64,000 bases of DNA from Octopus sinensis (taxonomy: Eukaryota): NCBI RefSeq assembly GCF_006345805.1, contig NC_043010.1, positions 13,144,001 to 13,208,000 of the forward strand. The letters run 5' to 3'. Under the pieces are notes generated by a model, which ran no database searches, had not been told where the DNA came from, and saw only the letters and a program-made list of their open reading frames with translations. A program made the translations under genes and the position numbers. The first letter of the stretch is position 1, and each line of letters opens with the position of its first letter. Below, piece by piece: positions 25,297 to 39,328 of the stretch.

Positions 25297-25619
25297 ATGT
25301 GATAGACAGGTATAGTGGGATATTTGTGTGTGTGTGTGAGTCCATGTGTGTGTCCGTGTGTCCCTATTCATGTTTGCAGCTAGTGTAAACAACCACGTTG
25401 AGTTGCACTCCTGTATGTAAAAAAAACAAACAAAAATAAGGTAGCATAAGTATCATTTGACAAACAGACATCAATAAAATGAGTCCCAGACTAAATCTGG
25501 TACTCGGGGCAGATGTGGTAGGGTCAAGGTCAACAAAGTACTCTGAAAAATTCCTTGAAAGCATTGCCCCAGCATGGCCTGTGTAAAAGAGTAAAAGACT
25601 AGCTGAAGTATTGATGGGT

Positions 25620-25706
25620 GCATTATTATTATCATTATTACTATTATGATTGTTTGTTGTTGTTGTTATTATTATTATTATTATTATTATTTTATTATTA
25701 TTATTA

Positions 25707-25757
<51 letters not shown>

Positions 25758-26007
25758 CATTATTATTATTTTGGTGGATATGTCTTTCCACAGTTTCATA
25801 TGTTCAATCTAATTATCATTGCTGCTTTGATTGCTAGTGGTCGCAGTGTTCTTTTGTTGTTATTGATAATGATGATGATGGTGATGATGATGATAATGAC
25901 AACGATGATGATGGTGATGATGATGATAATGACAACGATGATGATGGTGATGATGATGATAATGACGATGATGATGGTGATGATGATGATGATGACGATG
26001 ATGATGG

Positions 26008-26040
<33 letters not shown>

Positions 26041-26396
26041 CGATGATGATGACGATGATGATGATGATGATAAGGACAACAGCGACGACGATGATGACAA
26101 TGACGATGATGGTGACAATGAACAATGACAACGACAGCAATGACAATAATGATAATGATGATGAAGATGATGACAGTGGTGGAGGTGGTGGTGGTAGTGA
26201 TGGTGGTGGTGGTAGTGATGGTGGTGTTGGTGGTGGTGCTGATGATGATGGCAATAGCAATCACAATGATGATGATGATGATGGCTATGATTATGATAAT
26301 GGTGAATGGAGTGATGGTTTTGCTGATGATGATGATGATGATGATGATGATGACAACAATGATGAAGACAATGATCATGATAATGATGATGATAAC

Positions 26397-26428
<32 letters not shown>

Positions 26429-26648
26429 CGACGATGACGATCATGATGATTATCATCCTTATGATGATGATGATGATGACAACGATGATGAAGACAATGA
26501 TCATGATAATGATGATGATAACGATGATGATGAAGATGATGATGATGATGATGACGACGATGACGATCATGATGATTATCATCCTTATGATGATGATGAT
26601 GATGACAACGATGATGAAGACAATGATGATGATGATGATGATGATAAC

Positions 26649-26683
<35 letters not shown>

Positions 26684-26885
26684 CGATGACGATCATGATG
26701 ATTATCATCCTTATGATGATGATGATGATGACAACGATGATGAAGACAATGATCATGATAATGATGATGATAACGATGATGATGATGATGATGACAACAA
26801 TGATGAAGACAATGATCATGATGATGATGATGATAACGATGATGATGATGATGATGATGATGATGATCATGATGCTGATGGTGCT
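25620..26885. repeat. (ATT)n then (GAT)n trinucleotide array with ~125-bp higher-order units
   Basis: The marker gacgatcatgatgattatcatccttat recurs three times (~26437, ~26562, ~26688). Confidence 0.9.
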
Positions 26886-27532
26886 GACGGTGTTGTTGTT
26901 TATACAGAGGTAGTCAACATTAGCAATATACAGCTGCAGTAAGCAGTAGTTCTATGGTGGTATAGCAGTAGCCAATCAAATACTTCGGAGCAATACTTAT
27001 AGATGTAACACTCCGGATATGCCGTGCATCAGTCTGGGACCATGTTGCACATCCCATCAACTGGTGGGAAATCAGATGCAACAGTCAGGTCATGCTGCAT
27101 CTGGGTTTTTTTTTTTTCCATAATTGCATCCGGTTAATAAATAACGAAAATATTTCTTGTCAGTTCCAGAGATGGACAATGTTATGTTGTTGTTATTATT
27201 GTTGTTATTGCTACTGTTGTTGTTGTTATTGAATCTCTTAGTTGCCCTGACTGAACATGTCTATGTTCAAATGTATTTCAGCCATGACCATCCTGTCTGC
27301 TCAAGGGCTATTTATGACTACATTGTCTAATGTGTTTTTATTTTTTAAAACTTTTTTTTAATACAGCAGAGAGTGATTTGTGAGAAATTTGGCTGCTCTT
27401 TCTAGCTTTCTAGTAGAATGACCTATCACATAATGGCTCTTCTTTTTGGCTCAAGAAAGAAGGAATGGAATGTGATATCAGTTGGAATGTAGAACTTTGA
27501 ATTCCTGGAGTTCACATAGGTTAGTTAATAAT

Positions 27533-27890
27533 AGGTGCAGGAATGGCTGTGTGGTAAGTAGCTTGCTTACTGACCACATGGTTCCGGGTTCAGTCCCACT
27601 AAGCCTTGTGAGTGGATTTGGTAGACGGAAACTGAAAGAAGCCTGTCGTATATATGTATATATATATATATTTATGTGTGTGTGTTTGTGTGTCTGTGTT
27701 TGTCCCCCTAGCATTGCTTGACAACCGATGCTGGTGTGTTTACGTCCCCATCACTTAGCGGTTCGGCAAAAGAGACCGATAGAATAAATACTAGGCTTCC
27801 AAAGAATAAGTGCTGGGGTTGATTTGTTTGACTAAATGCAGTGCTCCAGCATGGCCGCAGTCAAATGACTGAAACAAGTAAAAGAGTAAC
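27533..27890 (+). mobile_element. SINE family A with an internal deletion
   Basis: Head ggtgcaggaatggctgtgtggtaag through tail gagtaa. Confidence 0.85.
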
Positions 27891-29027
27891 CCAGTACTGA
27901 ATTTTATCCTAGTCTGGGAATTGATGATGGAGTTATTTTGGTACATGTATATATATATATATACACCCTTTAAGTTCATTTAAGGGAAATGTTTTGAATA
28001 TGCCTATAAAAGTTCCCTATTTCATTATGCCAGCTACAGTCTAATGATGCCAACTGGCAATACCAGTTTTTTGGGGGTTGCACCAAGTTCTGTCGATATA
28101 ATGTAGGATAAATATAGCAATAATAATAATCATAGGATGGTATTTATAAATATTCCAATGCTTTGCTACATGTAATATATATATATATATATGTGTGTAT
28201 ATATGTATGTATATCGGTCAGTAGTCTATATATCCGAAAAAGAAGCTTGCTCTAAAACATTAGAGTAGTAATATCTAGAAGGTTTTTTTGTTGTGGCTGG
28301 TCAGAAACTGACCATTGGCTTCACACCTATAAGGTGCTTAGCTTTATTGGTGACTCAATAAACTCAAAAACGGTAGAAGTTGCCTATGCAGCTAGTACCT
28401 TACAGGTGTGTAACCACTGATCACTCACTGACTAACCTTAAAAAAAACCCCACTTTTTTTGGTTTCATAGTGTTTTTAGGGTTTGTGCCAATGAGATATT
28501 GAAACTAGAAATATAAGCAAGATTGAGACTGGCCCCCCATTCACGGTTGGGCCCATCCAGAGTCTTCTTTGAGGCATTATAGGCCCCTGTGCAAATCACT
28601 GCACTGAACCAAACAGTATATATTCAGTGAGAGCAAACCACAGTCAGAATCGGGTCCCTAGACCTGTGAGGTCCCTGAGCAACTACTGAGTATGCCCGTG
28701 CCTTAACCCTTAGCCCTTTAGCATTTGGGTTACCTTGTCAAATGTAATGCTTGTTCATTCATATTGTTTTGAATCCATTATCTCATAGCTTTGAGATTTT
28801 CATGATGGAATTCTATGTTTAGAATGACTATGTTGAATAGGTGTGACAGGCCAGATCTAGCCAGTTTAACACATAAAACAGGTAGACTCAATATGGCCAG
28901 TTTAAACACAAAAGGATTATGACAGTACTAGGTCCATCATTTTTATAGAACGGTGTTCTAAGATTATTGTTGTAATTGCATTATTTTTATCTGAATTGTG
29001 TTTTGTGTAGCTTGAAGTTTTACTCAC

Positions 29028-29076
29028 TGTGATGTGTGATGCAATGCTATTTTTTTTTTCTCGTAGAATACAGTAC
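29028..29076 (-). CDS. Candidate coding exon; (W)YCILREKKNSIASHIT
   Basis: 49 nt, phase 2-0. Acceptor cttccttag|G, donor ACA|gtgagt. Links the phase-2 exon at 48107-48196 to the phase-0 repeat exons without a stop. Confidence 0.5.
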
Positions 29077-29500
29077 CTAAGGAAGATAACTTGTAATATA
29101 TGGTTTGTGCTAATGCTTGTTTGTTTCTGCAAAGACATTTGTTTTAATTTATGTATATAATTTATTATAATTTTCAATATGCTGAAGTGATTGGGAATAC
29201 TTTGTAGCAATATTAAATCTCTTGGTACTTGACTGCTATTTTATTTTATCAACCCTGGAAGAAGGAATGACAAAACTGCTCCCCAGCAAGATTTGAACTC
29301 AGAACGTAAATGGTGGCAACTAAATACAGCAGTTCTAACGGATATCTCACAAACGCTGGTATATATTTCAAACAACTTATTGAAGTTAGCTTTGTAGAAG
29401 GTATAGCATGGATTGTCTGGCCTAGATTTGAACTTTGAGAGCCACGAGTTCAGAGTCCAGTACCATAAACCCCAACCCCGACAGCTTTATACCTCTAAAC

Positions 29501-29719
29501 CAGTGGTTTTCAACCAGGGTTCCTCGGAACCTTAGGGTTCTGCCAGTACAGTCCAGGGGTTCCGCAAGAAGTTACAAAACTGCTAAAATCGGCAGTAATT
29601 TTTAATTCTCCTGTGCAGATATGTGTGCATAAGACTATTAAATTATTGCATAGGGGTTCCTCGAGCCAGTGGAATGTTTCCTTGGGGTTCCGCTCCAGCA
29701 AAAAGTTTGAAAAGCACTG
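29501..29719. mobile_element. hAT (Charlie-type) MITE
   Basis: TIRs cagtggttttcaa / ttgaaaagcactg (12/13 match). Perfect 8-bp TSD ctctaaac (29493-29500 / 29720-29727). Confidence 0.88.
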
Positions 29720-30083
29720 CTCTAAACATTTATTAAGAATGATGGATGAATAACAGGCTGAACATGGTGAGAGTTGTTGTCTTAAAACTTGTATTAAAAT
29801 AACTATTTTCAGTTTCTGTTAGAATTATATGACTTCTATATTGATTTCTTATATTGGCAGTCGACCAAGGTAGAGATATAGTCGATTGAATTGGCTCCGG
29901 TACATTATTGGTACTCCAGAAAAGACTCAAACTCTACAAGATTGAAAGCAAAGTTGACCCCAGAGGTATTTCAACTCAGAAATGTAGACAAATAAAAGCT
30001 AGATATTATTGCAGGGCATTTATTGCAGTGCAGTACAGTTCTAGTACTAGCACTGCATGTATGCATGTATATATGTATGTATG

Positions 30084-30117
<34 letters not shown>

Positions 30118-30346
30118 TGTATGTATGTATGTATGTATGTATGCATGTATATATGTATGTATATATTTATGTATGTATGTATGTATGCATGTATGTATGT
30201 ATGCATGTATATATGTATGTATGTATATATTTATGTATGTATGTATGTATGTATGTATGTATGTATGTATATACCCATACACACACACATAGGTCTCATC
30301 TGATCCTTGCAACCATAGAAAAGTAGCATTTAAAATTATGACAATC

Positions 30347-30389
<43 letters not shown>

Positions 30390-30419
30390 CATGAGTGTAT
30401 GTATATATATATAATAAAT

Positions 30420-30667
30420 ATTAGGGAATGAATCCAAAATTACAGGGAAAAATCAGATTTAGGGTTAAATCCAATTTTATAGTAAAATATTATATAATAT
30501 AATTTGAGACAAAACCACTATTTTAAAACCAAACAAGGAAAGACTTAATCAATACATAAAATTTTAATATAAATTAAATAAACCGCCACTACAAATGTTT
30601 ATGTATTGATTAAGTCTTTCCTTGTTTGGTTTTAAAATAGTGGTTTTGTCTCAAATTATATTATATA
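30420..30667. mobile_element. Fold-back remnant (~70-bp inverted arms 30491-30560 / 30598-30667 plus tail), probable Penelope-like end
   Basis: Reverse-complementary arms embedded in (TA)n. Confidence 0.55.
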
Positions 30668-30750
30668 TATATAATATATATATATCATCATCATCATCAT
30701 TTAATGTCTGTCTTTCATGCTAGCATGGGTTGGACAAAAGTAGGTTTTCC

Positions 30751-30823
30751 TGTACGTGTGAGACTCGAACCCACACCTTTTTGTTTATGCGAGCAAGTGT
30801 GCTACTAATTACACCAGTGAACC
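30751..30823 (-). pseudogene. tRNA-like sequence (degenerate tRNA or SINE head)
   Basis: A-box-like TGGTGTAATTAGTAGC and T-arm GTGGG-TTCGAGT-CTCAC. Anticodon arm and acceptor stem are imperfect, so the isotype cannot be assigned. Confidence 0.4.
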
Positions 30824-31027
30824 AAAATGTATATATATATAATACATATATAATACATATATATGTGTGCATTTGTAAACCAATTTAGCCTTTTTCATCT
30901 TCCTTTGGTGCACCTCTTCTAATTTGCATATTTTTATATAATATATACACATATATATATATATATAATATATTATATATTATATATATATAATATATAC
31001 ATATATAACATACATACATATATATAT

Positions 31028-31078
<51 letters not shown>

Positions 31079-31084
31079 TATATC

Positions 31085-31410
31085 AAGAGCACTCCGTCGG
31101 TTTCGACGACGAGGGTCCCAGCTGATATGATCAATGGAACAGCCAGCTCGTGAAATAAATGTGCAAGTGGCTGAGCAATCCACAGACACGTGTACCCTTA
31201 ACATAGTTCTCAGGGAGATTCAGCATGACACAGAGTGTGACAAGGCTGACCCTTTGAAATACAGGTACAACCCATCTTTGCCAGCTGAGTGGATTGGAGC
31301 AACATGAAATAAAGTGTCTTGCTCAAGGACACAAGTCGTCGCCGGAAATTGAACTCACGACCTTACAATTGTGAGCCAAATGCCCTAACCACTAAGCCAC
31401 ATACCTTCAT
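31085..31410 (-). mobile_element. SINE with family-C-type head and a third 3' body; related copy ~55420-55700 (+)
   Basis: tRNA-like head ggtatgtggcttagtggttagggc, CORE-like block, and a body shared with 55420-55700. Confidence 0.7.
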
Positions 31411-31533
31411 ATATACACATATACACACACACACATACAGATATATATATATATACATACACACATACATATATATATATATAAAAATATACATACATAT
31501 ATACATGAATACATACATAAATATATATATACA

Positions 31534-31565
<32 letters not shown>

Positions 31566-32042
31566 CACATATATATATATATGCGCATGCACACACACAC
31601 AGACACATATACATATATGTGTGTGTATATGTGTCTGTATGTATATATATGTGTGTGTATATGTGTGTGTATATATGTGTATATGTGTATATATGTGTGT
31701 GCATATATGTGTCTGTATGTATATATATATGCATACATCTACGTATTATAAATATGTGTGGGCCTGCTTGTGTCTTCAAGATTATTTCTCAGGTAAATTT
31801 TTACACCAAAAGGACTAAGCAACTTATCCAACCAAGGTTAAGTTTCTTTAGCTATTAAACCATGAAGAGACTTACTATAAGGCTCTTATATGTATACATT
31901 ATATACTTTTAGATGTGCAGGAAAGCAAGGAATTTAATACCTTGATCTGGTAAAGAATAGATTATGTGATTATAGTGCTTGGTTAATTCTCAGATAGCCT
32001 TTCCGAATAGTCACCAAATTAGATGTCACTTCATGTTAATCA

Positions 32043-32466
32043 TTTACTCTTTTACTTTTTTACTTGTTTCAGTCATTTGACTGCAGCCATGCTGGAGCAC
32101 CGCCTTTTTAGTCGAGCAAATCGACCTCGGGACTTATTCTTTTTTTGTAAGCCCAGTACTTATTCTGTCGGTCTCTTTTTGCCGAACCGCTAGGTGACGG
32201 GGACGTAAACACACCAGCATCGGTTGTCAAGCAATGCTACGGGGACAAATATAGACACACAAACACATACACACACACATATATATATATATCTATATAT
32301 ACGACAGGCTTCTTTCAGTTTCCGTCTACCAAATCCACTCACAAGGCATTGGTCGGCCTGGGGCTATAGCAGGAGACACTTGCCCAAGGTGCCATGCAGT
32401 GGGAGTGAACCCAGAACCATGTGGTTGGTTAGCAAGCTACTTACCACACAGCCACTCCTGCGCCTA
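32043..32466 (-). mobile_element. SINE family A, full length
   Basis: Complete family-A sequence. Confidence 0.88.
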
Positions 32467-33653
32467 TTTGCAGAGATTTTTTTCTTAAGTAGGTGCATTC
32501 TTTTTTTTTAACCTTCTCCATGTCATACCGACTCATAAGGGCTGGCTTTCTGGTTTCATGGCATATATATTCTGCACCTGGATGGGACGCCAGTCCATCA
32601 CAGGATTATTTCTTTTTTTGCCAGCTGAGTGGACTGGAGCAACATGAAATAAAGTGTTTCGCTCGGGAACACCATGTGTCACCCAGTCCAGGAATTGAAA
32701 CCAGAATTGTACGATCATGAGTCCAGTACTCTAACCACTAAGCCAAGTGCTTCCATGGTTTTTAGATGTACCAGAGAAAGGGTAGCAGAGGGGAAATAAT
32801 GTAAGGATGTGACATTCAGAAATATTTTTCTCAAGAGTAAATTGCTTTCAGATTGTTGCTGTTGTTGCCATCATTGTCATTGTCATCATTGTTGCTGTTG
32901 TTGTCATCATTATTTAACAGTCATTTTCCAAACTGACATGCGTTGGTTAGATGATTCAACTGGAGCTCGCAGGCAAGGGGACTGCGTCAAGCTCCAACGT
33001 CTCTTTTGGCATGTCTTCGATAGCTAGGTGCTTTTCTTAATGCCAAGAACCTTACAGAGTGTACTGGATGCCTTTAAATGGCACCAGCACCTTTGAGATC
33101 ACCAAATAAACCAGCAGGACAATACAGTCCCCTGCCCTCAACTGAGAGTAGGAGAGTAGTATTGAGGAAGCTGGCTCTATACCAGGTGATGAGAGGTTAA
33201 AGCATGATAGAGGGACAGAAACAGGTGTCTTACCACAGGTGAGGTACATGGGTGGCCCAACTGGAAAAGAAAGAGGATGGTGGTGAAGATGTGTAAGAGC
33301 ATATCCCTAAGTTACAAGACAGTGAATATAAGAGGAGTGGTATGGATAGGTAAGGAAGTTCATGTGTGTGTAAGAGGTAAGTGGCAGATAGATAGAGATG
33401 GTGACAAAGGAAAATGCAGAGGGAGGTGAACATGGGTGAAGACATAATCAAACAGGAATCAGAACTAGGTTCTGGTTAAGGATTCAGTTGTGTGTACCTA
33501 AATTGCGATTAACTCGCTCTCAGCAGATGCTAAATAAAACATAATTTTCACAAATGGATTTTCTTCAAGACACTCCCAAATTGAAATTATTTATAATTAG
33601 ATATATTAGGAACTATTTAATTAGATAGAGAAAAACTCAAGATTTAGAATTTA

Positions 33654-34214
33654 CTAGTAACCAGCTTTAAAGCCACACCCTGTGCAGACTTTTGAGTTAC
33701 CTCTTGTGGAGGGCGGAGGGCTAATTGGTCCTGCAGCCCAGAACTAAAGAGAGCTAAATAGCATGACTATACTACGTCTATAATAACTTTATGCTCTGGT
33801 GGAGTTTGATTAGGGGTTAAGGACGGATGAGAATTAATTCTGTAATACAATCATTCTATTGTTCCAGTCCCAGTTTGAATTCCAACTGTTGGCCAATTTG
33901 TCCCAAAATTCTTATCTCGACGTAAAATCAACGAAGTGAATGTCATTTATCTCCCCCTTGATCTCTGATGTCATTTGACAAATGCCAACCAAGATGGTGT
34001 GAATCAGTTAAGCTTTACCTGCTAGAAATAGCAACCCAAATGTTTTTAAATCAGATCCCAATAATGGATGTTCAAGAACCAAATGAAGGGCAGATTTTTA
34101 AAACTGGGACCATCCTGATTCCAAAAAGGTATAATATGTCTATGTAGAGCAAATGTAGACTGAGGCATTAGGGTCTTAGACGGACAGACAGAACTTCACT
34201 TTTATTATTATAGA
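33654..34214 (-). mobile_element. Non-autonomous Helitron (second family)
   Basis: Minus strand A|TCTATAATAATAAAAGTGAAGTTCTGTCTGTCCGTC ... CTAG|T. Confidence 0.55.
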
Positions 34215-34299
34215 TTAGTATTAGAAAGTATTGACAGGCAAGTAATTACAGAAACTCTTACATTGTAACTGTTAATACATTCTAGTATATACTAGAAAC

Positions 34300-35720
34300 A
34301 TTGGTTTCAAATTTTAGCACAAGGCCAACAATTTTGGGAGAGGGGATAAGTCAATGACATTGACCAGAGGGTTTAACTGGTACTTATTTTGTTAACCCTG
34401 AAAGGATGAAAGGTAAAGTCAACCTTAGCGGAATTTGAACTCAGAACATAAAGAGAGACAAAATACTGCAAAGCATTTTGCCTGGCATGCTAAAGATTCT
34501 ACCAGCTCACCACGTTAGTAATGCTTAGTAATGTTAGGGTGTACTAAAGCAGTGAGCTGACAGAACCATTATTCCGCTATGCAAAATACTTAGTGGCATT
34601 TCATTCGTCTTTACATTTTGAGTTCAAATTCTGCAGAGGTCAATTTTGCTTTTCATCCCTATGAGTCGATAAAATAAGTAGCAGTCCAGCACGGAGTCTA
34701 ATATAATCGACTTACCCACTCCCTCAAAATTGCTGGCTTTGTGCCAAAAATAGAAACCAATATTAAAATGTACTGGTTGTTGAATGTTATAAGAGAATTA
34801 ATTAATATTATAATAGCCCTTTCAACTCGAAGCACAAGGCCTCAAATTTGGGGGAAGAGATTAAGCTGTTTACATTGACCCCAGCATGTAACTGGTACTT
34901 ATTTAATCAGCCCTGTAAAGATGAAAGGCAAAGATGACCTCAGTGTAATTTGAACTCAGAGTGTAGCAACGGGCGAAATACCACTAAGCATTTCGCCCAG
35001 CATACTAACAATTCTGCCTGCTCACTGTTTTAATAAATGCTATAATAGTATTATAAGATATCATATGATTGTGACAATAGCATATATCTGAGATACTATA
35101 GTAAGATATAAGCATTTTAACGATACCCCTTTACTTTTCTTGGGTCCTAGGACTCATAAGACTGTCTTCCACTTTCCATGACTCATAAGTGAATGAGATC
35201 ACAGTATTGTCTCTGAATGGAACCCAGTCCATTGCAGGGTTCACTGCTAGCGATTTTGGAAGGAGGGAGCAGGTTGATTAAATTTACCCCAGTACTTGAG
35301 TGGTACTTTATTTTATCAACCCTGAAGTAATAAAAGGTAAAGTTGGCATCAGCGGGATTTGAACTCAGATTCTAAAGAGCTGGTGGAAATACTGCTTAGC
35401 ACTTTGTCTGACATGCTAATGATTCTGCTAACCTGTTGCCTTATGATACTTAGATATGACTATAGTAATGTAACATTATGTATACCTATTTCTTTACTAC
35501 CCACAAGGGGCTAAACACAGAGAGGACAAATAAGGACAGACAAAGGGATTAAGTCGATTATATCGACCCCAGTGCGTAACTGGTACTTATTTAATCGACC
35601 CTGAAAGGATAAAAGGCAAAGTTGACCTCGGCGGAATTTGAACTCAGAACGTAGCGGCAGACGAAATACCGCTAAGAATTTCGCCCAGCGTGCTAACGTT
35701 TCTGCCAGCTCGCCACCTTA
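34300..35720. mobile_element. Cluster of five Nin-domain-like SINEs (family D): ~34300-34520(-), ~34545-34760(+), ~34820-35030(-), ~35250-35445(-), 35488-35720(-)
   Basis: Repeated actggtactt..atcgaccc..aaaggatgaaaggcaaagtcgacc..ggaatttgaactcagaac block with a tRNA-like head. Confidence 0.75.
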
Positions 35721-36536
35721 ATGTAGCATTATGTATACCAGTGTGTGTGTGTGTGTATGTGTGTATGTCACATGAAACAAATATAGAAGTGTACAAAATT
35801 ATGTAAACATTTATGACAGAAAGTCACTGTGACAACAATACAGCTGTAATTTATTCTTGTACGTACACAAGTGAAGAAACATAATCACATTTGTATGACT
35901 GAGAAAATGTTATGATGAAGATAAGAAAAGGGTGGACATTATAACATAGTATATATCTTAGGGTGAGGTCATACATTAAGACAGAAATATAGTGGAGGTA
36001 AAATCAAAGACAATACAACAGAATCAATATTACAGTGGAAATGATCATGATCAAAGAAAGCCAAAGTTTCATATAAAGCCATTTTTGAGTTCGCTTCCAA
36101 TCAAAATTCAATTTCACAGAGAAGAGAACAATTGAAGTGGTAACATTCATCATTCATGCATCGCCCACAGATATTATTGATATAAGGGAAATATACATAC
36201 ATATATATATATTTGTGTATGTGTATACATACATACATACATAATATATATATATATGTATGTATATATGTATATATGTATATATATATATATATTATAT
36301 ATATATATATTATATATATTTATAAATATACATGTATACATATACATACACACACACATATATATATATATATAGGTGTTGGATGGCTGTGCAGTTGGGA
36401 AGCTTGTTTCCCAACTATGTAAACTCAAGTTCAGCCTACTACAGCATTGGGCTGACTAAAACCTTCTGAATGGATTTGGTAGATGGAATTAAAAGAAGCC
36501 TGTTATATATTTATGATATATATATATATATATATA

Positions 36537-36813
36537 GGGAGAGTTTACGAAAAAAACAACAAAAGACGAAGGCAGGTGGTGTACAAAACAAACAGATGTA
36601 TTAATATAATGCTCAGGAATAGAAAAAGTCTTTTACGTTTCGAGCATACGCTCTTCTACAGAAAGGTACACAGTAAAAACAAGGAGAGAAACAAGGAGAG
36701 AAAAAAGGAGAGAAAAAAGGAGAGAGAAAAAAGGAGAGAAAAAAGGAGAGAAAAAAAGGAGAGAAAAAAGGAGAGAAAAAAGGAGAGAAACAAGGAGAAA
36801 AAAAAGGAGAGAA
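36537..36813 (-). mobile_element. Penelope-like remnant with a hammerhead-like motif (36630-36665) and a 12-bp aaggagagaaa(a/c) tandem array; related copy ~55085-55267 (+)
   Basis: Minus strand CTTT-CTGTAGA-A-GAGC-GTAT-GCTC-GAAAC-GTA-AAAG. The second copy reads CTTT-CTGTGGA-A-GAGC-ATAG-GCTC-GAAAC-ATT-AAAG at 55153-55188. Confidence 0.55.
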
Positions 36814-37327
36814 AAATATTCATATATGTATATATGTATGTATGTATGTATGCGCATATGTACAAGTGCACTATTTTCTTGGCATAATTTGATGGCTGTA
36901 AATAAGTATCACCATCATACAAGTGGTGTTGTTCATTTCCACTCATGTGTGAGAAAAATATCCATCCTTGGGAATATACCTTACTTGGAAACAAGTGACA
37001 GTTGGTGCCAGGACGAGCATCCAACCTTGGAAAATCTACCACAGCAAAATTTATCTGTCCCATGCAAGCATGCTAAAATGGATGTTAGACAATGATGATG
37101 TTGATATATATATATGTATATATGCTTTTACTCTTTTACTTGTTTCAGTCATTTGACTTCAGCCATGCTGGAGCACCACCTTTAGTTGAATAAATCGACC
37201 CCAGGACTTATTTTTTGTAAGCCTATTACTTATTCTATTGGTTACTTTTTCCAAACTGCTAAGTTATGGGAACATAAACACACCAACATCGGTTGTCAAG
37301 CGATGGTTGGGGGACAAACACAGACAC

Positions 37328-37363
<36 letters not shown>

Positions 37364-37614
37364 GACAGGCTTCTTTCAGCTTCCGTCTACTCACAAGGCT
37401 TTGGTTGGGCCTAGGCTATAGTAGAAGACACTTGCCCAAGTTACCATGCAGTGGGATTGAACCAAGAACCATGTCGTTAGGAAGCATGCTTATGATGTAC
37501 CATCCATTAGTATAAAACTTGGTTTGTTAAGAGATTTTCATGAGCTGCTTCCATGACATAAACAGAACATAATATATTTGTGTGTTTGTATGTGTGTGTA
37601 TATATATATATACT

Positions 37615-38000
37615 GTACTGAGGTGTTCTGTGAACATTGATAGAAGGGGAAGATTAGGAAATTAGGATTAAGATTCCTAGCACACCTTTCTATGTGTTCA
37701 TTAACCTGTATCTGTCTGTATTGTGGGTGGTGGATTTGTTCTTTGTGGAGAGTGGTTCTTCGACGTAGTGATATTCCTGTTTTGGCCAATATAATTATTA
37801 CCACACCCTAAGAATGTAATGGCATAGATTAGATTTTCTGAGGCACAGGTGAAATTTGATTTAATCTTAAATATTTCACCTTGTTTAAAGTGGAATTCTG
37901 AACCCTCCAAAAGGTGGGGGCATGTACCACAGTTAGGTCGACCACATTTTTTCACTTTTGGTTCAGTTGTTAATGGATATAGTCTTGCGCTGGTTAAGAT
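37615..38000 (-). mobile_element. Penelope-like element GIY-YIG endonuclease fragment (frameshifted)
   Basis: CGRPNCGTC..FTCASENLIYAITFLGCGNNYIGQ / TGISLRRRTTLHKEQI..VNEHIERC: GIY-YIG motifs, conserved Arg and His residues, upstream Cys cluster. Confidence 0.85.
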
Positions 38001-38025
38001 TTATATGTATATATATATATATATG

Positions 38026-38096
<71 letters not shown>

Positions 38097-38564
38097 TCAA
38101 ACATATATACGTTGACATTATGAAAATTTATAAACTTAGAATGTGAAATAATTCTTTTTTGGAACGCTGGATTTGAAAGCAGAAAATGCTATAAATAATA
38201 GCATGTAAATATGCTATTGAAAGACCATGGGATTGCACCTAGAAAGTTCCCCTCCAAGGCACAAGTCCAGGCAAGCTTTTTATGGAAGACCAGCAATCAC
38301 CCATGCATACCAGCCTCCTGTCTCCACATTACCGATGTTATCCAAGGGAAAGGCAAAGGCCGATACAGCTTGGCACCAGTGATGTCACAACTCATTTCTA
38401 CAGCTGAGCAACGTGAAATAGAGTATCTTGCTCAAAAACACAAACATGCAGCCTGGTCCAGGAATCGAACTCACAACCTCATGATCATGAGTCCAATGCT
38501 CTAACCACTGAGCCATATGCCTTATGTTTGCATACAAGTATCTGTATATGTGTGTGTATTTATA

Positions 38565-38985
38565 TACTCTTTACTCTTTACTCTTTTACTTGTTTCAGTC
38601 ATTTGACTGCGGCCATGCTGGAGCACCGCCTTTAGTCGAGCAAGTCGACCCCGGGACTTATTCTTTGTAAGCCCAGTACTTATTCCATCGGTCTCTTTTG
38701 CCGAACCGCTAAGTGATGGGGACGTAAACACACCAGCATCGGTTGTCAAGCAATGCTAGGGGGACAAACACACACACACACACACATACACATATATATA
38801 TATATATATATACATATATACGACAGGCTTCTTTCAGTTTTCGTCTACCAAATCCACTCACAAGGCATTAGTCAGCCCGGGGCTATAGCAGATGACACTT
38901 GCCCAAGATGCCATGCAGTGGGACTGAACCCGGAACCATGTGGTTGGTTAGCAAGCTACTTACCACACAGCCACTCCTGTGCCTA
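38565..38985 (-). mobile_element. SINE family A, full length
   Basis: Complete family-A sequence. Confidence 0.88.
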
Positions 38986-39225
38986 TATACTCACACATAT
39001 AAATTATTATGTCATTATATCGTTATAAATTATTTGTTATATTTATCATAATACATACATAATTTACACACATATGTATGCACACACACACACATACATA
39101 TACACACATATACACACATATGTACAATGTCTTTATTATGATATCATTCATTCTTTCATTCATTCAACATTCATTTCCCCAAGCTAGCATGTGTTGGACA
39201 GATATTTATGTGCATCCTATTCATC

Positions 39226-39270
<45 letters not shown>

Positions 39271-39328
39271 CTCACACTCTCTCTCTCTCTTTATATATAT
39301 ACATATATCTATATATATACGCATGTGT

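Noticed and set aside
25650-26942. 430-aa poly-Met/poly-Asp ORF with DHDDYHPY repeats, resembling acidic biomineral proteins
   Set aside because: It is a (GAT)n microsatellite with higher-order duplication. Several frames on both strands are open for compositional reasons, and there is no credible start or splice context.
33701-33743. Possible phase 2-0 exon SGLQDQLALRPPQE (ctctttag / gtaact)
   Set aside because: Lies inside a Helitron-like element, has a weaker donor, and cannot be used together with the 29028-29076 exon in frame.
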